From Dehalococcoides sp. JdFR-56 (GTDB lineage: Bacteria; Chloroflexota; Dehalococcoidia; Dehalococcoidales; RBG-16-60-22): a stretch of DNA of 64,000 nucleotides. This document shows, in pieces, positions 37,143 through 46,469 of this stretch (position 1 is its first letter; every line of letters starts with the position of its first letter). The position numbers and the translations under genes are program-made. The stretch spans positions 15,239 through 79,238 of the forward strand of contig MTNR01000036.1 of the NCBI GenBank assembly GCA_002011495.1, read 5' to 3'. The notes below the pieces were generated by a model. The model ran no database searches. It saw only the letters and a program-made list of their open reading frames with translations, and was not told where the DNA came from.

Positions 37143-38777
37143 GTGCGGGTAGTTGATGCTATTGTGGAGATATTAAGGAAGGAAGGAGTGGAGTTCCTCA
37201 GCTGCTATCCGGCTACCCCGCTCATCGATGCTGCGGCAGCGGCGAGGGTACGCCCCATCGTCTGCCGGCAGGAGCGGGTCGGCGTGGGCATCGCCGATGG
37301 CTTCAGTCGCATCTCCAACGGGCGGCGCATTGGCGTCTTTGCCATGCAGTTTGGGCCAGGTGCCGAGAATGCCTTCTCTGGCATCGCCACTGCTTACTCT
37401 GACTCGGTGCCCCTGCTTCTGCTTCCCTGGGGTCATTCCAGTGACCGGGCGTGGGTGAAGCCTTACTTCAGCGCGGTGCGCAGCTATGATGCGGTGACCA
37501 AGTGGGTGGAGCCGCTCACCGTTGCTGAGCAGGTATCCCAGGTCATGCGGCGTGCCTTTTCCCTGCTGCGGATGGGTAAACCTGGGCCGGTCATGGTGGA
37601 GCTACCGGCGGATATCGCCGAAAAAGAGATAGAGCCATTTGACTATCAGCCAGTCAAAGTGGCACGCGCTGCTGCCAACCCCCGCGATGTGGATGAGGCA
37701 GCCAAGGTGCTGGTGGAGGCGCGCAGTCCGGTAATCCACGCCGGGCAAGGGGTGCTCTACGCTGAGGCCTCTGATGAGCTCTTGGAGCTAGCCGAGCTTT
37801 TGCAGGCTCCGGTGATGACCACCTTGATGGGCAAAAGCGCCTTCCCGGAAAACCATCCCCTTTCCCTGGGCACTGGCGCACGCGTGGTGACTGGGCCTGT
37901 CCACCACTTCCTGGCCAAGGCTGACGTTGTCTTTGGCATCGGCTGCAGCTTCTCGCGCCATTATATGTCAACCCCCATACCTGCGGGGAAGATACTTATT
38001 CATGCCACCAATAACGAAGGAGACATCAACAAGTATTACCCGGCAGACTATCCTATCATCGGGGATGCCAAACTGGTGCTGCGCCAGTTCATTGAGGCGG
38101 TTAAAGAGCGCCTGGGCGCTCACGGCCGCCGGGATAAAAGCTCCGTAGCTGAGGAAATAAAGAAGGTGAGGGAGACATGGCTCAAGCAGTGGCTGCCCAA
38201 GCTCACCTCGGATGAAGTGCCGATAAACCCCTACCGGGTCATCTGGGAGCTAGTGCACACCATTGACCCCAAAGATGCCATCGTTACCCATGACGCCGGC
38301 AGCCCCCGTGACCAGCTGGTGCCTTTCTACCCGGCAGTAAGCCCGAGGGGTTACATTGGCTGGGGCAAATCCCACGGATTGGGCACTGGGCTGGGGCTCA
38401 ACATCGGCGCCAAATTAGCCCAGCCGGACAAAGTTACCATCAACTTCATGGGGGATGCTGCCTTTGGCATGGTGGGGCTGGACTTTGAGACCGCGGTGCG
38501 CAATAGAATACCCATCATAACCGTGGTGCTGAATAACTTCTCCATGGCGATAGAGACCACGAGCATGCCGGTCTCCCATGAGCTCTACCGCGCCCGAGAC
38601 ATCGGCGGTAATTACGCTGATATGGGCCGCGCCATGGGCGGCTACGCCGAGCGAATCGAAAACCCCGCCGAGATTGCGCCGGCGTTCCAGCGTGCCCGCC
38701 GGGTAACTCAGGAAGAGGGACGTCCGGTATTGCTTGAGTTCATCACTAGCGAGGAGATTGACTATTCCCTGATGTAG
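37143..38777 (+). CDS. Thiamine-pyrophosphate-dependent enzyme (acetolactate-synthase/sulfoacetaldehyde-acetyltransferase superfamily)
   Basis: N-terminal VVDAIVEILRKEGVEF, catalytic Glu context CRQERVGVGIADG, TPP motif GDAAFGM...VLNN. GTG start 10 nt after GGAGG. Confidence 0.7.
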   Translation: MRVVDAIVEILRKEGVEFLSCYPATPLIDAAAAARVRPIVCRQERVGVGIADGFSRISNGRRIGVFAMQFGPGAENAFSGIATAYSDSVPLLLLPWGHSSDRAWVKPYFSAVRSYDAVTKWVEPLTVAEQVSQVMRRAFSLLRMGKPGPVMVELPADIAEKEIEPFDYQPVKVARAAANPRDVDEAAKVLVEARSPVIHAGQGVLYAEASDELLELAELLQAPVMTTLMGKSAFPENHPLSLGTGARVVTGPVHHFLAKADVVFGIGCSFSRHYMSTPIPAGKILIHATNNEGDINKYYPADYPIIGDAKLVLRQFIEAVKERLGAHGRRDKSSVAEEIKKVRETWLKQWLPKLTSDEVPINPYRVIWELVHTIDPKDAIVTHDAGSPRDQLVPFYPAVSPRGYIGWGKSHGLGTGLGLNIGAKLAQPDKVTINFMGDAAFGMVGLDFETAVRNRIPIITVVLNNFSMAIETTSMPVSHELYRARDIGGNYADMGRAMGGYAERIENPAEIAPAFQRARRVTQEEGRPVLLEFITSEEIDYSLM

Positions 38778-38802
38778 CTGGGGGAGAGTGTTTCCCAGAG
38801 AT

Positions 38803-39732
38803 TCAGACAGAGGGGAAAACATAACCAGACCGCATGGCGGCGAACAGGTAGGTGGTGACATAGCCGCGGAAGGGTGACCAGCGATGGGAATACTCCAGTG
38901 CCTCTTCTGGTCGGAGCGGGGTGCCTGCGTTCAGCAGTTGTCCCATGATTCGGCAGAGGGCAAGGTCACCATGGGGAAAGCCATCAGCGCGCCCTAGCGC
39001 CCGAATGAGGAGCCACTGGGCTGTCCACAATCCTACCCCACGGATATCGGTTAGCGCTCGTATTACCTCTTCATCAGGCTGCGTGTGCAAATTCTCCAGC
39101 TCCAGCGCCCCTGAGGCAACTTTGGCTGAGATATCAACGATATACTGAGACTTTCTGGTGCTGAACCCTAGCCTGCGCAGGCCCTCCACGCCTGCTATCG
39201 CCAAATCGCTGGGGCGCGGGAAACTGTGATAGATAACCCCTGATATTTCCATTGCTGGCCCGTAAGTCTCAATGAGCAGAGTGCGCATCACCCGGGCCAC
39301 GTGGGAGCTGATCTGCTGCCCTAGGATGGCTATGATCAGAGCTTCATACACCGATGCAGTGTGAGGGATGTGGAGCCCTCGTAGCGCTGGCACCAGTGGC
39401 GCCAGCGCTGGGTCATCTTGGGCCAGGTGATAAAAAGGGGTGACATCCTGGCCGATGCCCAGTATCCAGGCCACCTGGTCTTGCGCCTTGGCTATGGCTG
39501 TCTGGTCCAAGGCAGGGCTGGCTAGCTCCAGCTCCAATAGTGGTGATTCCACCGTGCCTAAAGAGCGCACGCTGGCTAGGCACAGGCGGTCGTCTAGGTT
39601 CAGCAGCCGCCGGAAGATGCCGCCTTCAAAGCTATCACCGCCATAGCGGCCACGGAAAAAGGTGGCGTAAGCCGCGGTGAGATCAAAGTTATAGGGTGGC
39701 GTGGGCACCAAGGTGACGGTGGTTCTCTCCAT
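38803..39732 (-). CDS. alkA: DNA-3-methyladenine glycosylase II (AlkA, HhH-GPD)
   Basis: LTDIRGVGLWTAQWLLIRALGRADGFPHGDLAL (HhH plus catalytic Asp). Start at MERTTV. The ORF reaches 39756. Confidence 0.75.
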   Translation of the reverse strand: MERTTVTLVPTPPYNFDLTAAYATFFRGRYGGDSFEGGIFRRLLNLDDRLCLASVRSLGTVESPLLELELASPALDQTAIAKAQDQVAWILGIGQDVTPFYHLAQDDPALAPLVPALRGLHIPHTASVYEALIIAILGQQISSHVARVMRTLLIETYGPAMEISGVIYHSFPRPSDLAIAGVEGLRRLGFSTRKSQYIVDISAKVASGALELENLHTQPDEEVIRALTDIRGVGLWTAQWLLIRALGRADGFPHGDLALCRIMGQLLNAGTPLRPEEALEYSHRWSPFRGYVTTYLFAAMRSGYVFPSV

Positions 39733-39759
39733 AGAAAAGACTCCGGAAAGGTGCAAGTC

Positions 39760-40299
39760 TTAAATATTGGGCTTTTGTTGCCGCGCCGCAGCTTCCAGGT
39801 CAAGGAGAGCCCGTTTTCTCTCCAGCCCACCCCCGTAGCCAACCAATTCTCCACCGGCGCCGATGACCCGGTGACAGGGCACGATGATGGAGACCGGATT
39901 GGTCCCGATGGCCCGCCCTACCGCCCGGCTGGCGGCGGGATGGCCCAGGGCTCTGGCTATCTGACCATAGGAGCGAGTCTCCCCATAGGGGATTTCCTGC
40001 AGAAACTCCCATACCTGGCGCTGGAAGATGGTGCCCCGAAGGTCCAGGGGTACGCTGAACTGATGCAGCTTTCCCGCGAAGTAAGCGTCAAGCTGGGAAG
40101 CAGCCTCAAGGTTATGGCCATCCCCATCCTGTACCAGAATGTCCTCTTTTTCCCATCGGGCAAGGCGTCTCTCAAAGCGCCCCTCTGTGGCCACGCAGAC
40201 AACTCCACGCTCAGAGCTAGCTAGGACATACGTCCCCAGCGGGCTTTCATAGTGTCTGATCAGGAATATTTCCCTCACTGCTTTCTCCTTCAGCCTCAT
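39760..40299 (-). CDS. ogt: Methylated-DNA--protein-cysteine methyltransferase
   Basis: IIVPCHRVIGAGGELVGYGGGLERKRALL active-site motif. As called, the 5' end overlaps the upstream ORF by 53 nt, so the start is uncertain. Confidence 0.85.
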   Translation of the reverse strand: MRLKEKAVREIFLIRHYESPLGTYVLASSERGVVCVATEGRFERRLARWEKEDILVQDGDGHNLEAASQLDAYFAGKLHQFSVPLDLRGTIFQRQVWEFLQEIPYGETRSYGQIARALGHPAASRAVGRAIGTNPVSIIVPCHRVIGAGGELVGYGGGLERKRALLDLEAAARQQKPNI

Positions 40300-41620
40300 T
40301 GAGGCTCCTTATCAAATCCTCGCGGCTGGTCATGGCTGCTACCTTTTCCAGGAACTCTTTGAGGGAAGCGCTCTGGCTTCTCAGCTGCTTCAGCTCAAAC
40401 CCGATGGGGCTGATTGAGGTTGGCCGGTCGGCATAGGTGCCATAGAAGGCGAAATAGGCCTGGTTTAATTTTCTGATGTAGTAGCCTTTGGCCTCGAGGC
40501 GCTGGCGCTCCTTCTCCATGAACTCCTCGGCCTGCTCTACCTCACCTCGGGCCAAGAGTTCATCTACCTTTTTTCTTATCTCCCTCATCTCCCGGTTGAA
40601 ATCAAACCCCAGCGTCTTTTCCCCAGATTGTCCAGCTTCCTTCTTGCTCTCAGGGTAGTAACTTGCCACTACCAAGTCCCCGATTTCCTTGCTCACCATG
40701 CTGGCCACGGTCTCGTTCATGGTGGCGATCTCATAATCCCGGCGCAGCCCGGTCAAATCCAATAGGTAGAAAAATCCCAAAGGCTTGAAGGCGAGGTATT
40801 GGTGCAGCCACTCTTCAGCAGCCGTGTCAACGGCAAACCGCAGGCTGGCCTCATTGCTGACGAAGGCGGGGTAGGTACCGCCAAAGCCACCCAGCCCTAC
40901 CACCAGAGAGGAGACGCCCAGCTCGTCAACCGCAGCCTCAATGCGTTCCATCTCCTTTAGGCTCATCTCCTGCCGGAGGGTGATTTCCCTCATGCTCTCA
41001 ATCCTGTCCCGGGGTGAGACTACCAGCAGGTGGGGGGGCTTATCCAGCTTGAAATCAACAGGCGGGAAGCTGAACTTTAGCTTGAGGTACTTCTCCAGCG
41101 GGTTATAGATGCCCTGCTGGCGCAGAATCTCCTTTATCTGCTCGCTGATTATCCCCTCCACCGTGCTCTCTAAAGCTAGCTTCTGTGCCTCCAATCTACT
41201 TAGTTCCGCCTCGAGTGAGGCGATATCACCCTCTTTATCGCCTCGCTTGACCATCTCTATCTCTTGCTTCAGGGATTTGATGCGCTCTACATAAGAGAAA
41301 TACTCGCTGACTTTGCCGGCGGCATCATCAATTTCTTTCTCTCGGCTGAAAATGGACTCCCTTGCCTCATGCCAGAGAGCCCTGAATTCCCACCCGGCGA
41401 AGCTGAAGCGGTATGGCTTCACGATTGAGCTGAGCTGAGCGTTGAAATCCCGGCCGGGCTGGCAACTTACTGTGCCGAGTAAGGAGAACAGAAGTCCAGC
41501 GATGACGAACAATTCTATCTTCAACTTGCGCCCTTCTCCGCCTGAATGATGGTTCCACAAACGCAGCCTGGGGAAGCCTGAAAATGCCAAAAGAGAGAAA
41601 AAATCCGTGGCCTTTCCCAT
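40247..41620 (-). CDS. Hypothetical secreted/lipoprotein-like protein with coiled-coil segments
   Basis: Signal-like segment KIELFVIAGLLFSLLGTVSC. The alternative TTG start at 41524 follows GGAGAAGGG. Long E/K-rich helices. No known motif recognised. Confidence 0.5.
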   Translation of the reverse strand: MGKATDFFSLLAFSGFPRLRLWNHHSGGEGRKLKIELFVIAGLLFSLLGTVSCQPGRDFNAQLSSIVKPYRFSFAGWEFRALWHEARESIFSREKEIDDAAGKVSEYFSYVERIKSLKQEIEMVKRGDKEGDIASLEAELSRLEAQKLALESTVEGIISEQIKEILRQQGIYNPLEKYLKLKFSFPPVDFKLDKPPHLLVVSPRDRIESMREITLRQEMSLKEMERIEAAVDELGVSSLVVGLGGFGGTYPAFVSNEASLRFAVDTAAEEWLHQYLAFKPLGFFYLLDLTGLRRDYEIATMNETVASMVSKEIGDLVVASYYPESKKEAGQSGEKTLGFDFNREMREIRKKVDELLARGEVEQAEEFMEKERQRLEAKGYYIRKLNQAYFAFYGTYADRPTSISPIGFELKQLRSQSASLKEFLEKVAAMTSREDLIRSLNEAEGESSEGNIPDQTL

Positions 41621-41633
41621 AGCCCCGGGACGG

Positions 41634-42281
41634 TTACGTCATTCTGACCGTGATTTTGGCCAGCTCCCAGGTGTACTCGTAGAGGTGCAAGCCCTTGCTC
41701 ATGGCGATGATCTCACCATCATCAACCCCTATCTCACTGGCCATATACTCTTTCAAGAGCTGGATTGCCGCCAGGTTTGAGGGAAAGCCAGCCCACAGGT
41801 CCCAAGAGCGGAAGTAAACCACAAAATTTAGCTTGTTATCACGGATTCTGGTGTCTATCGCCCTCAAGCACGGTGGGTCAGGGAGGAAAATGGACCGCTC
41901 ATCACCCACCGCCATGAAGGCTTGGTTAGTGTTGTGGCCATCTTCCTTGTACATCCGGATGACCTCGGCGATCTGTGTTTCCAGATACTGGCCATAGGTG
42001 TACTGCTCGCCCTCTTTGCGATGGGCGGTCATCAAATAGGGCAGGTACTCTTCAATATACTCCATGGTGCTGGGCGGTGGCACCCCCTGGGGCACATCGG
42101 GGATTATCGGCCTTGTCCCCGGGTACTTTATATGGAGCACGACGAAGTCAAGCTCCTTGCGCCGCTGTCCGGCGTAGCTTCCCCGCTCAATCTTGTATTC
42201 ATAGCCATCGGTCAGGGTCTTGCACAGACAGCGAAACCAGGCTTCAGAGAGGTCTCTGGCCTCAATCAATTCAATCTTCAT
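41634..42281 (-). CDS. Thymidylate synthase family protein, short methanogen/archaeal type
   Basis: LPDPPCLRAIDTRIRDNKLNFVVYFRSWDLWAGFPSNLAAIQLL parallels the ThyA core PCH..fQFyV..gkL....QRS.D..LG.PFNIASY. 215 aa. Confidence 0.6.
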   Translation of the reverse strand: MKIELIEARDLSEAWFRCLCKTLTDGYEYKIERGSYAGQRRKELDFVVLHIKYPGTRPIIPDVPQGVPPPSTMEYIEEYLPYLMTAHRKEGEQYTYGQYLETQIAEVIRMYKEDGHNTNQAFMAVGDERSIFLPDPPCLRAIDTRIRDNKLNFVVYFRSWDLWAGFPSNLAAIQLLKEYMASEIGVDDGEIIAMSKGLHLYEYTWELAKITVRMT

Positions 42282-42985
42282 CGCCTTCTTCTCCTGAAAA
42301 GGGCGAAAAATCTATCCTCGTACTCGCTAAACAAATTCCAGCGGTCAAGTTCGTTTTTTAGCTCGTGCGGGTCATACTCCCCCTTCATCGTCTTGGTGAA
42401 GAGCTCCTCAATCCTCAGCCTGGCGTCAATAGGGACACCGCTGGAATCTACCTCCAGAAGACCTCTCGCCCCCAGCTGGGATAGATTATGCGGCAGAGAC
42501 CCTCTGGTCACCTCATAGATGAACTTGAGCAAGGATACGTCCCAGAGCTCGTCCTCCCCCTTGATGATGGAGGTCAAGGGGTCGCCCCGCCTATCAATCT
42601 CAGCATTCAGCTTGGCTACCACAGTCTGCCAGTGCTCCGAGACGATGTTGAGCTTCTTGGGCTCATTGCGATAGGTGTAGTAAAGGCCAGGAGCATCCGG
42701 GCCATGCCTTCTGATGAGCTCCTCAAGGTAGCTTCGGGCCTCTGAGCTGAACCCTTCAAGCCGGGAAAGATAGTAAGGGGTGACGATTCTGGGCCTCTCC
42801 GCAATCACCCTGCCCTCCCTGACCACCGTCTCATTGGTATCCTTGGTCAGCTCAGCGTAGGCCGGCTCGGTGACCAGGTAATAATAGATATTGGTGGTGC
42901 CAAAGGTAGCCAGGCTCTGCTTGGGCAGCCTCAAGACCTCGGTATGCCTCACCGCGTACTGGATTCGGTCGTCGTTGAGCGTCAT
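42278..42985 (-). CDS. Hypothetical protein (ATGA-coupled to the ThyA-like gene)
   Basis: 235-aa ORF with coding-like composition and a C-terminal RRRRR. It overlaps the ThyA-like gene by 4 nt. No motif recognised. Confidence 0.5.
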   Translation of the reverse strand: MTLNDDRIQYAVRHTEVLRLPKQSLATFGTTNIYYYLVTEPAYAELTKDTNETVVREGRVIAERPRIVTPYYLSRLEGFSSEARSYLEELIRRHGPDAPGLYYTYRNEPKKLNIVSEHWQTVVAKLNAEIDRRGDPLTSIIKGEDELWDVSLLKFIYEVTRGSLPHNLSQLGARGLLEVDSSGVPIDARLRIEELFTKTMKGEYDPHELKNELDRWNLFSEYEDRFFALFRRRRR

Positions 42986-42995
42986 CGTCCCTCCC

Positions 42996-43589
42996 TTAAG
43001 GTATGGCGGCTAGCTCATGCTTGTACTCATCCAGAAGCTTGATGTATTGAGCATCCAGCTGAGCCAGTACCCGGCGCCACTCCTCCTGAAACTGGGGCTG
43101 GCTCTCCACATCTATCCTGACCCCAGCAAGCGGCCCCAGTTGCTGTCGCAGCGCCTGCTCTATCCTGGCTTCCACCTCAGCCTTCAGTGACTCATAGGCC
43201 TGCCTTCTTTGCTGCTCCCCTTGCTCTGCGTAGTGCTCAAAGATACGCCTTATCCGGCTGTAGACATTTTCTACGCTCACCTTATCGTTCTTCAGAACTT
43301 TTAACCCGTCCATGGCTTTTTTGTTGCTTCTTCTGGCAGCTTCATTTCTGGGCAGGTCTATATTCCTGATCAGTATCTCCTGCGCCCCCTGAGCGACGTA
43401 GCTCCGGGCCTTCTCCTCATACTTGCCTAGCTCAGCGAGCAGATTGATATCCTGCTTGAGGTATCTGGTGGCCAGCTTCTCCCCTTCTGGGAGGTATTTC
43501 CACCTCAAACGCTCCTCCTCGGTCGCCTCCCCCAGCTTTTCCACCTTCTCCATGGCTATTTCCAGAGCGCTCTTTATCTCCTTACCCAT
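42996..43589 (-). CDS. Hypothetical coiled-coil protein
   Basis: 197-aa helical protein rich in E/K/R/Q. It is the first gene of the co-directional block, with GGGGGAG upstream of the ATG. Confidence 0.45.
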   Translation of the reverse strand: MGKEIKSALEIAMEKVEKLGEATEEERLRWKYLPEGEKLATRYLKQDINLLAELGKYEEKARSYVAQGAQEILIRNIDLPRNEAARRSNKKAMDGLKVLKNDKVSVENVYSRIRRIFEHYAEQGEQQRRQAYESLKAEVEARIEQALRQQLGPLAGVRIDVESQPQFQEEWRRVLAQLDAQYIKLLDEYKHELAAIP

Positions 43590-43694
43590 GCTAAAGCTCC
43601 CCCAAAGTGCGATAGCCGCTTCCTTGCCAATGGCTTCCCTCTTTAAGTATTATACTAAATGCTCAAGGAAGCTTAAAGCCTGATACTAGAGTAG

Positions 43695-44324
43695 GTGGAT
43701 GTCCAAGGTATGAGCCAGCCAGCGCCAATCTATCTTCCCCTGCCGAGCCGAAAAGGCAGCATGCCGCTTGAGGAAGCCATCGCCTGCAGGGAGTCAATAA
43801 GGCACTTTACCTCCCAGAGCATCTCCCAATCAGCGCTATCCCAGCTGCTGTGGGCTGCCCAGGGCACAAGCGATGCTTCTTGGCGCCGAACCGTGCCCAG
43901 CGCCGGAGCCACCTACCCACTGGAGGTATTCGTCGTCTGCGGTGCTGGCGGCGTGGAGGATATCAACGAGGGCGTATATCACTACCATACGGATAGCCAT
44001 TCTCTGACGCTGCACCTCAAAGGGGAGGTAAGGTATGCCCTGGCCAGAGCGGCACTCAGCCAGGAGTATATCTATGAAGCCCCGCTGGATATCGTCATCT
44101 GTGCCCTATACCAGCGGACCACTAGCTACTATGGGACCAGGGGAGAGAGGTATGTTCACATGGAGATCGGCCATGCCGGGCAGAATATTTACCTTCAGGC
44201 CACGGCGCTTGGATTAGGGACAGTGGCCATTGGCGCTTTTCATGACGAGGCAGTGAGGGAAGCCCTGCAGCTAGATAAGGAGTACCGCCCTTTATACATC
44301 ATGCCCGTGGGCAAGCCCGCATGA
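43695..44324 (+). CDS. SagB/ThcOx-type nitroreductase-family dehydrogenase
   Basis: RESIRHF, GATYPLEVFVV, HMEIGHAGQNIYLQATALGLGTVAIGAF. The start could be ATG 43710. Confidence 0.65.
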   Translation: MDVQGMSQPAPIYLPLPSRKGSMPLEEAIACRESIRHFTSQSISQSALSQLLWAAQGTSDASWRRTVPSAGATYPLEVFVVCGAGGVEDINEGVYHYHTDSHSLTLHLKGEVRYALARAALSQEYIYEAPLDIVICALYQRTTSYYGTRGERYVHMEIGHAGQNIYLQATALGLGTVAIGAFHDEAVREALQLDKEYRPLYIMPVGKPA

Positions 44325-44400
44325 AATCAGGGAACTGGATTTAAGGCCAGAGACAAATCTATAATAAAAAAAGCTAATAAGAGTCAACAAGGAGGGAGTT

Positions 44401-44856
44401 ATGCATCAGAACTGGAAGTTTCATCACGTATCGGTGGTGGTCAGGGACATGCAGAAAGCCATTGAGTTCTACCAGACCTTGGGCATAGGGCCATTCCCGC
44501 CCCTGCTCGGGCCGGAGGGAACGGTACCCTTAACTGGAAAGACGCTGTGGGGCAAGCCCGCTGAGTACGAGCTTGATCTACGGCATGCTGAAGGAGGAGT
44601 GGGAGATCTGGTCTTTGAGGTGGTCCAGCCCCTTGAAGGTGAAACTCCAATCAAGGAATTTTTGGAGAAAAAGGGAGAGGGTATTCACCACATCGGCTTC
44701 TTTGTGGATGACTTGGACCAGGAGACCGCCAAGATGGCCGAGAAGGGGTTCACCATCACCCAGAGCGGGGAAACCCCCACCGTGAAATGGGTCTACTTTG
44801 ATACCGACAAAGTCGGCGGGGTCTCTATTGAGCTTATGCAGAAGAAAGGAAGCTAG
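44401..44856 (+). CDS. VOC family protein (glyoxalase / methylmalonyl-CoA-epimerase-like)
   Basis: FHHVSVVVRDMQKAIEFY and GEGIHHIGFFVDDLD paired beta-alpha-beta-beta-beta motifs. AAGGAGGG SD. Confidence 0.7.
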   Translation: MHQNWKFHHVSVVVRDMQKAIEFYQTLGIGPFPPLLGPEGTVPLTGKTLWGKPAEYELDLRHAEGGVGDLVFEVVQPLEGETPIKEFLEKKGEGIHHIGFFVDDLDQETAKMAEKGFTITQSGETPTVKWVYFDTDKVGGVSIELMQKKGS

Positions 44857-44873
44857 TTTCTTGGCTCAAGCTA

Positions 44874-46466
44874 TCAGCCCTGGGCCTTTTGCTTGAGCAG
44901 CCAGTATTCTAGGCTATCGGCCAGGGCTATCCAGCTGGCCTCAATGATATTGGTGGAGCTACCCACGGTGCGCCACTCTTGGGTGCCATCAGTGGATTCA
45001 ATGAAGACACGAATCTGAGCCTCGGTGCCTACGTTGGCCTCAAGGATGCGCACCTTGTAGTCAACCAGCCTGACCCGGGCCAGGTCAGGATAGGACTGCA
45101 AAAGTGCCTTGCGCAGCGCCCGGTCCAGTGCGTTAACCGGCCCGTTACCCTCAGCGGCGGTGTGCATCACCTCACTGCCCACCCTCACCTTTACCACTGC
45201 CTCAGAGAGCATCTCCTCCAGGCTCTTGCGGAGAGATGGACGCCGCCTCTTCTCCACGACCACCATAAAATCAACCAGCTCAAATGGTGGTTCATAGCTC
45301 GGCTGGCTGCGGTGGACCAGCAGCTCAAAGGAAGCTTCCGCCCCCTCGTACTGAAAGCCACGGCTCTCCCGCAGCTTCACCTGCTCCACCAGCCTCTGCA
45401 CCTCCTCTGTTTTCAGCGATTGGGATAGGCCCATCTCGTTTATCTTGTGCAGGATGTTCTTTCGCCCGGATAGTTCTGATACTATCACCTTTGGCTGGTT
45501 GCCCACCCGGGTCGGGTCTATATGCTGGTAGCTCTCCCCCCACTTTGACATCGCGGAAACATGTAGCCCCGCCTTGTGGCTGAAGGCGCTGGAGCCGACA
45601 TAGGGCAGGAAAGGATCAGGAACAAGGTTGGCCACCTCGCTCACATAATGAGCCACCTCGGTCAGCCTGGCTAGTTGAGCATCGGTGATGCAATCAATGC
45701 CCAGCTTGAGCTTCAGCGCCGGGATAATGGAGCAGAGATTGGCGTTACCACAGCGCTCGCCGTAGCCATTGATGGTGCCCTGCACCTGAGTGGCCCCAGC
45801 CTGAACTGCCGCCAAGGTATTGGCCACGGCCACTTCGCTATCATTGTGGGCGTGAATGCCCAGGGGAACCGCGGTCATTTTCCTAGCTGCCTCAACGGCA
45901 GCCACTACCTCCGCGGGCAGCATACCTCCATTGGTATCGCAGAGCACAAGATAGTCAGCTCCAGCTTGAGCCGCCACCTCCAGGGTACGCAGGGCGTAAG
46001 CGGGATTATCCTTAAAGCCATCAAAGAAATGCTCGGCGTCAAAGAAAACGGCGAGCCCTCTTGCTTTGAGATAGCGGATGGAGTCACTAATCATGTTGAG
46101 GTTCTCATCTGGGGTAGTTTCCAGCACCCGCACCACCTGTACCTCTGAGCTCTTGCCAACGATGGTAACCACACCCACCCCAGCCTCAGCCAGAGCCAGG
46201 AGATTGGTGTCAGCACTGGCCTTAGCCCTCGGCCGCCGGGTGCTGCCAAAAGCAACTAGCTTGGCGTTGGCGAGGGCGAGCTTTTGGGCTCTATGGAAGA
46301 AGTCAATATCCTTGGGGTTGGAGCCGGGCCAGCCACCCTCGATAAAATGGACGCCCAGCTCATCGAGCTTGCGGGCAATATGCAGCTTATCCACCACCGA
46401 GAAGGAGATACCTTCCCGCTGCGCCCCATCACGCAGGGTTGTGTCATAAAGCTGAACTTGTGCCAA
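44874..46466 (-). CDS. cimA: (R)-citramalate synthase
   Basis: LYDTTLRDGAQREGISFSVVDKLHIARKLDELGVHFIEGGWPGSNPKD. 530 aa with a C-terminal LeuA-dimer-like domain. It is the last gene of the ilv/leu operon. Confidence 0.75.
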   Translation of the reverse strand: MAQVQLYDTTLRDGAQREGISFSVVDKLHIARKLDELGVHFIEGGWPGSNPKDIDFFHRAQKLALANAKLVAFGSTRRPRAKASADTNLLALAEAGVGVVTIVGKSSEVQVVRVLETTPDENLNMISDSIRYLKARGLAVFFDAEHFFDGFKDNPAYALRTLEVAAQAGADYLVLCDTNGGMLPAEVVAAVEAARKMTAVPLGIHAHNDSEVAVANTLAAVQAGATQVQGTINGYGERCGNANLCSIIPALKLKLGIDCITDAQLARLTEVAHYVSEVANLVPDPFLPYVGSSAFSHKAGLHVSAMSKWGESYQHIDPTRVGNQPKVIVSELSGRKNILHKINEMGLSQSLKTEEVQRLVEQVKLRESRGFQYEGAEASFELLVHRSQPSYEPPFELVDFMVVVEKRRRPSLRKSLEEMLSEAVVKVRVGSEVMHTAAEGNGPVNALDRALRKALLQSYPDLARVRLVDYKVRILEANVGTEAQIRVFIESTDGTQEWRTVGSSTNIIEASWIALADSLEYWLLKQKAQG

Positions 46467-46469
46467 CTT

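Noticed and set aside
43695-44856. The SagB/ThcOx-type dehydrogenase as a marker of a thiazole/oxazole RiPP (TOMM) cluster
   Set aside because: No YcaO cyclodehydratase, E1-like partner, precursor-peptide-like small ORF, protease or exporter lies nearby. Stand-alone SagB-type nitroreductases are common.
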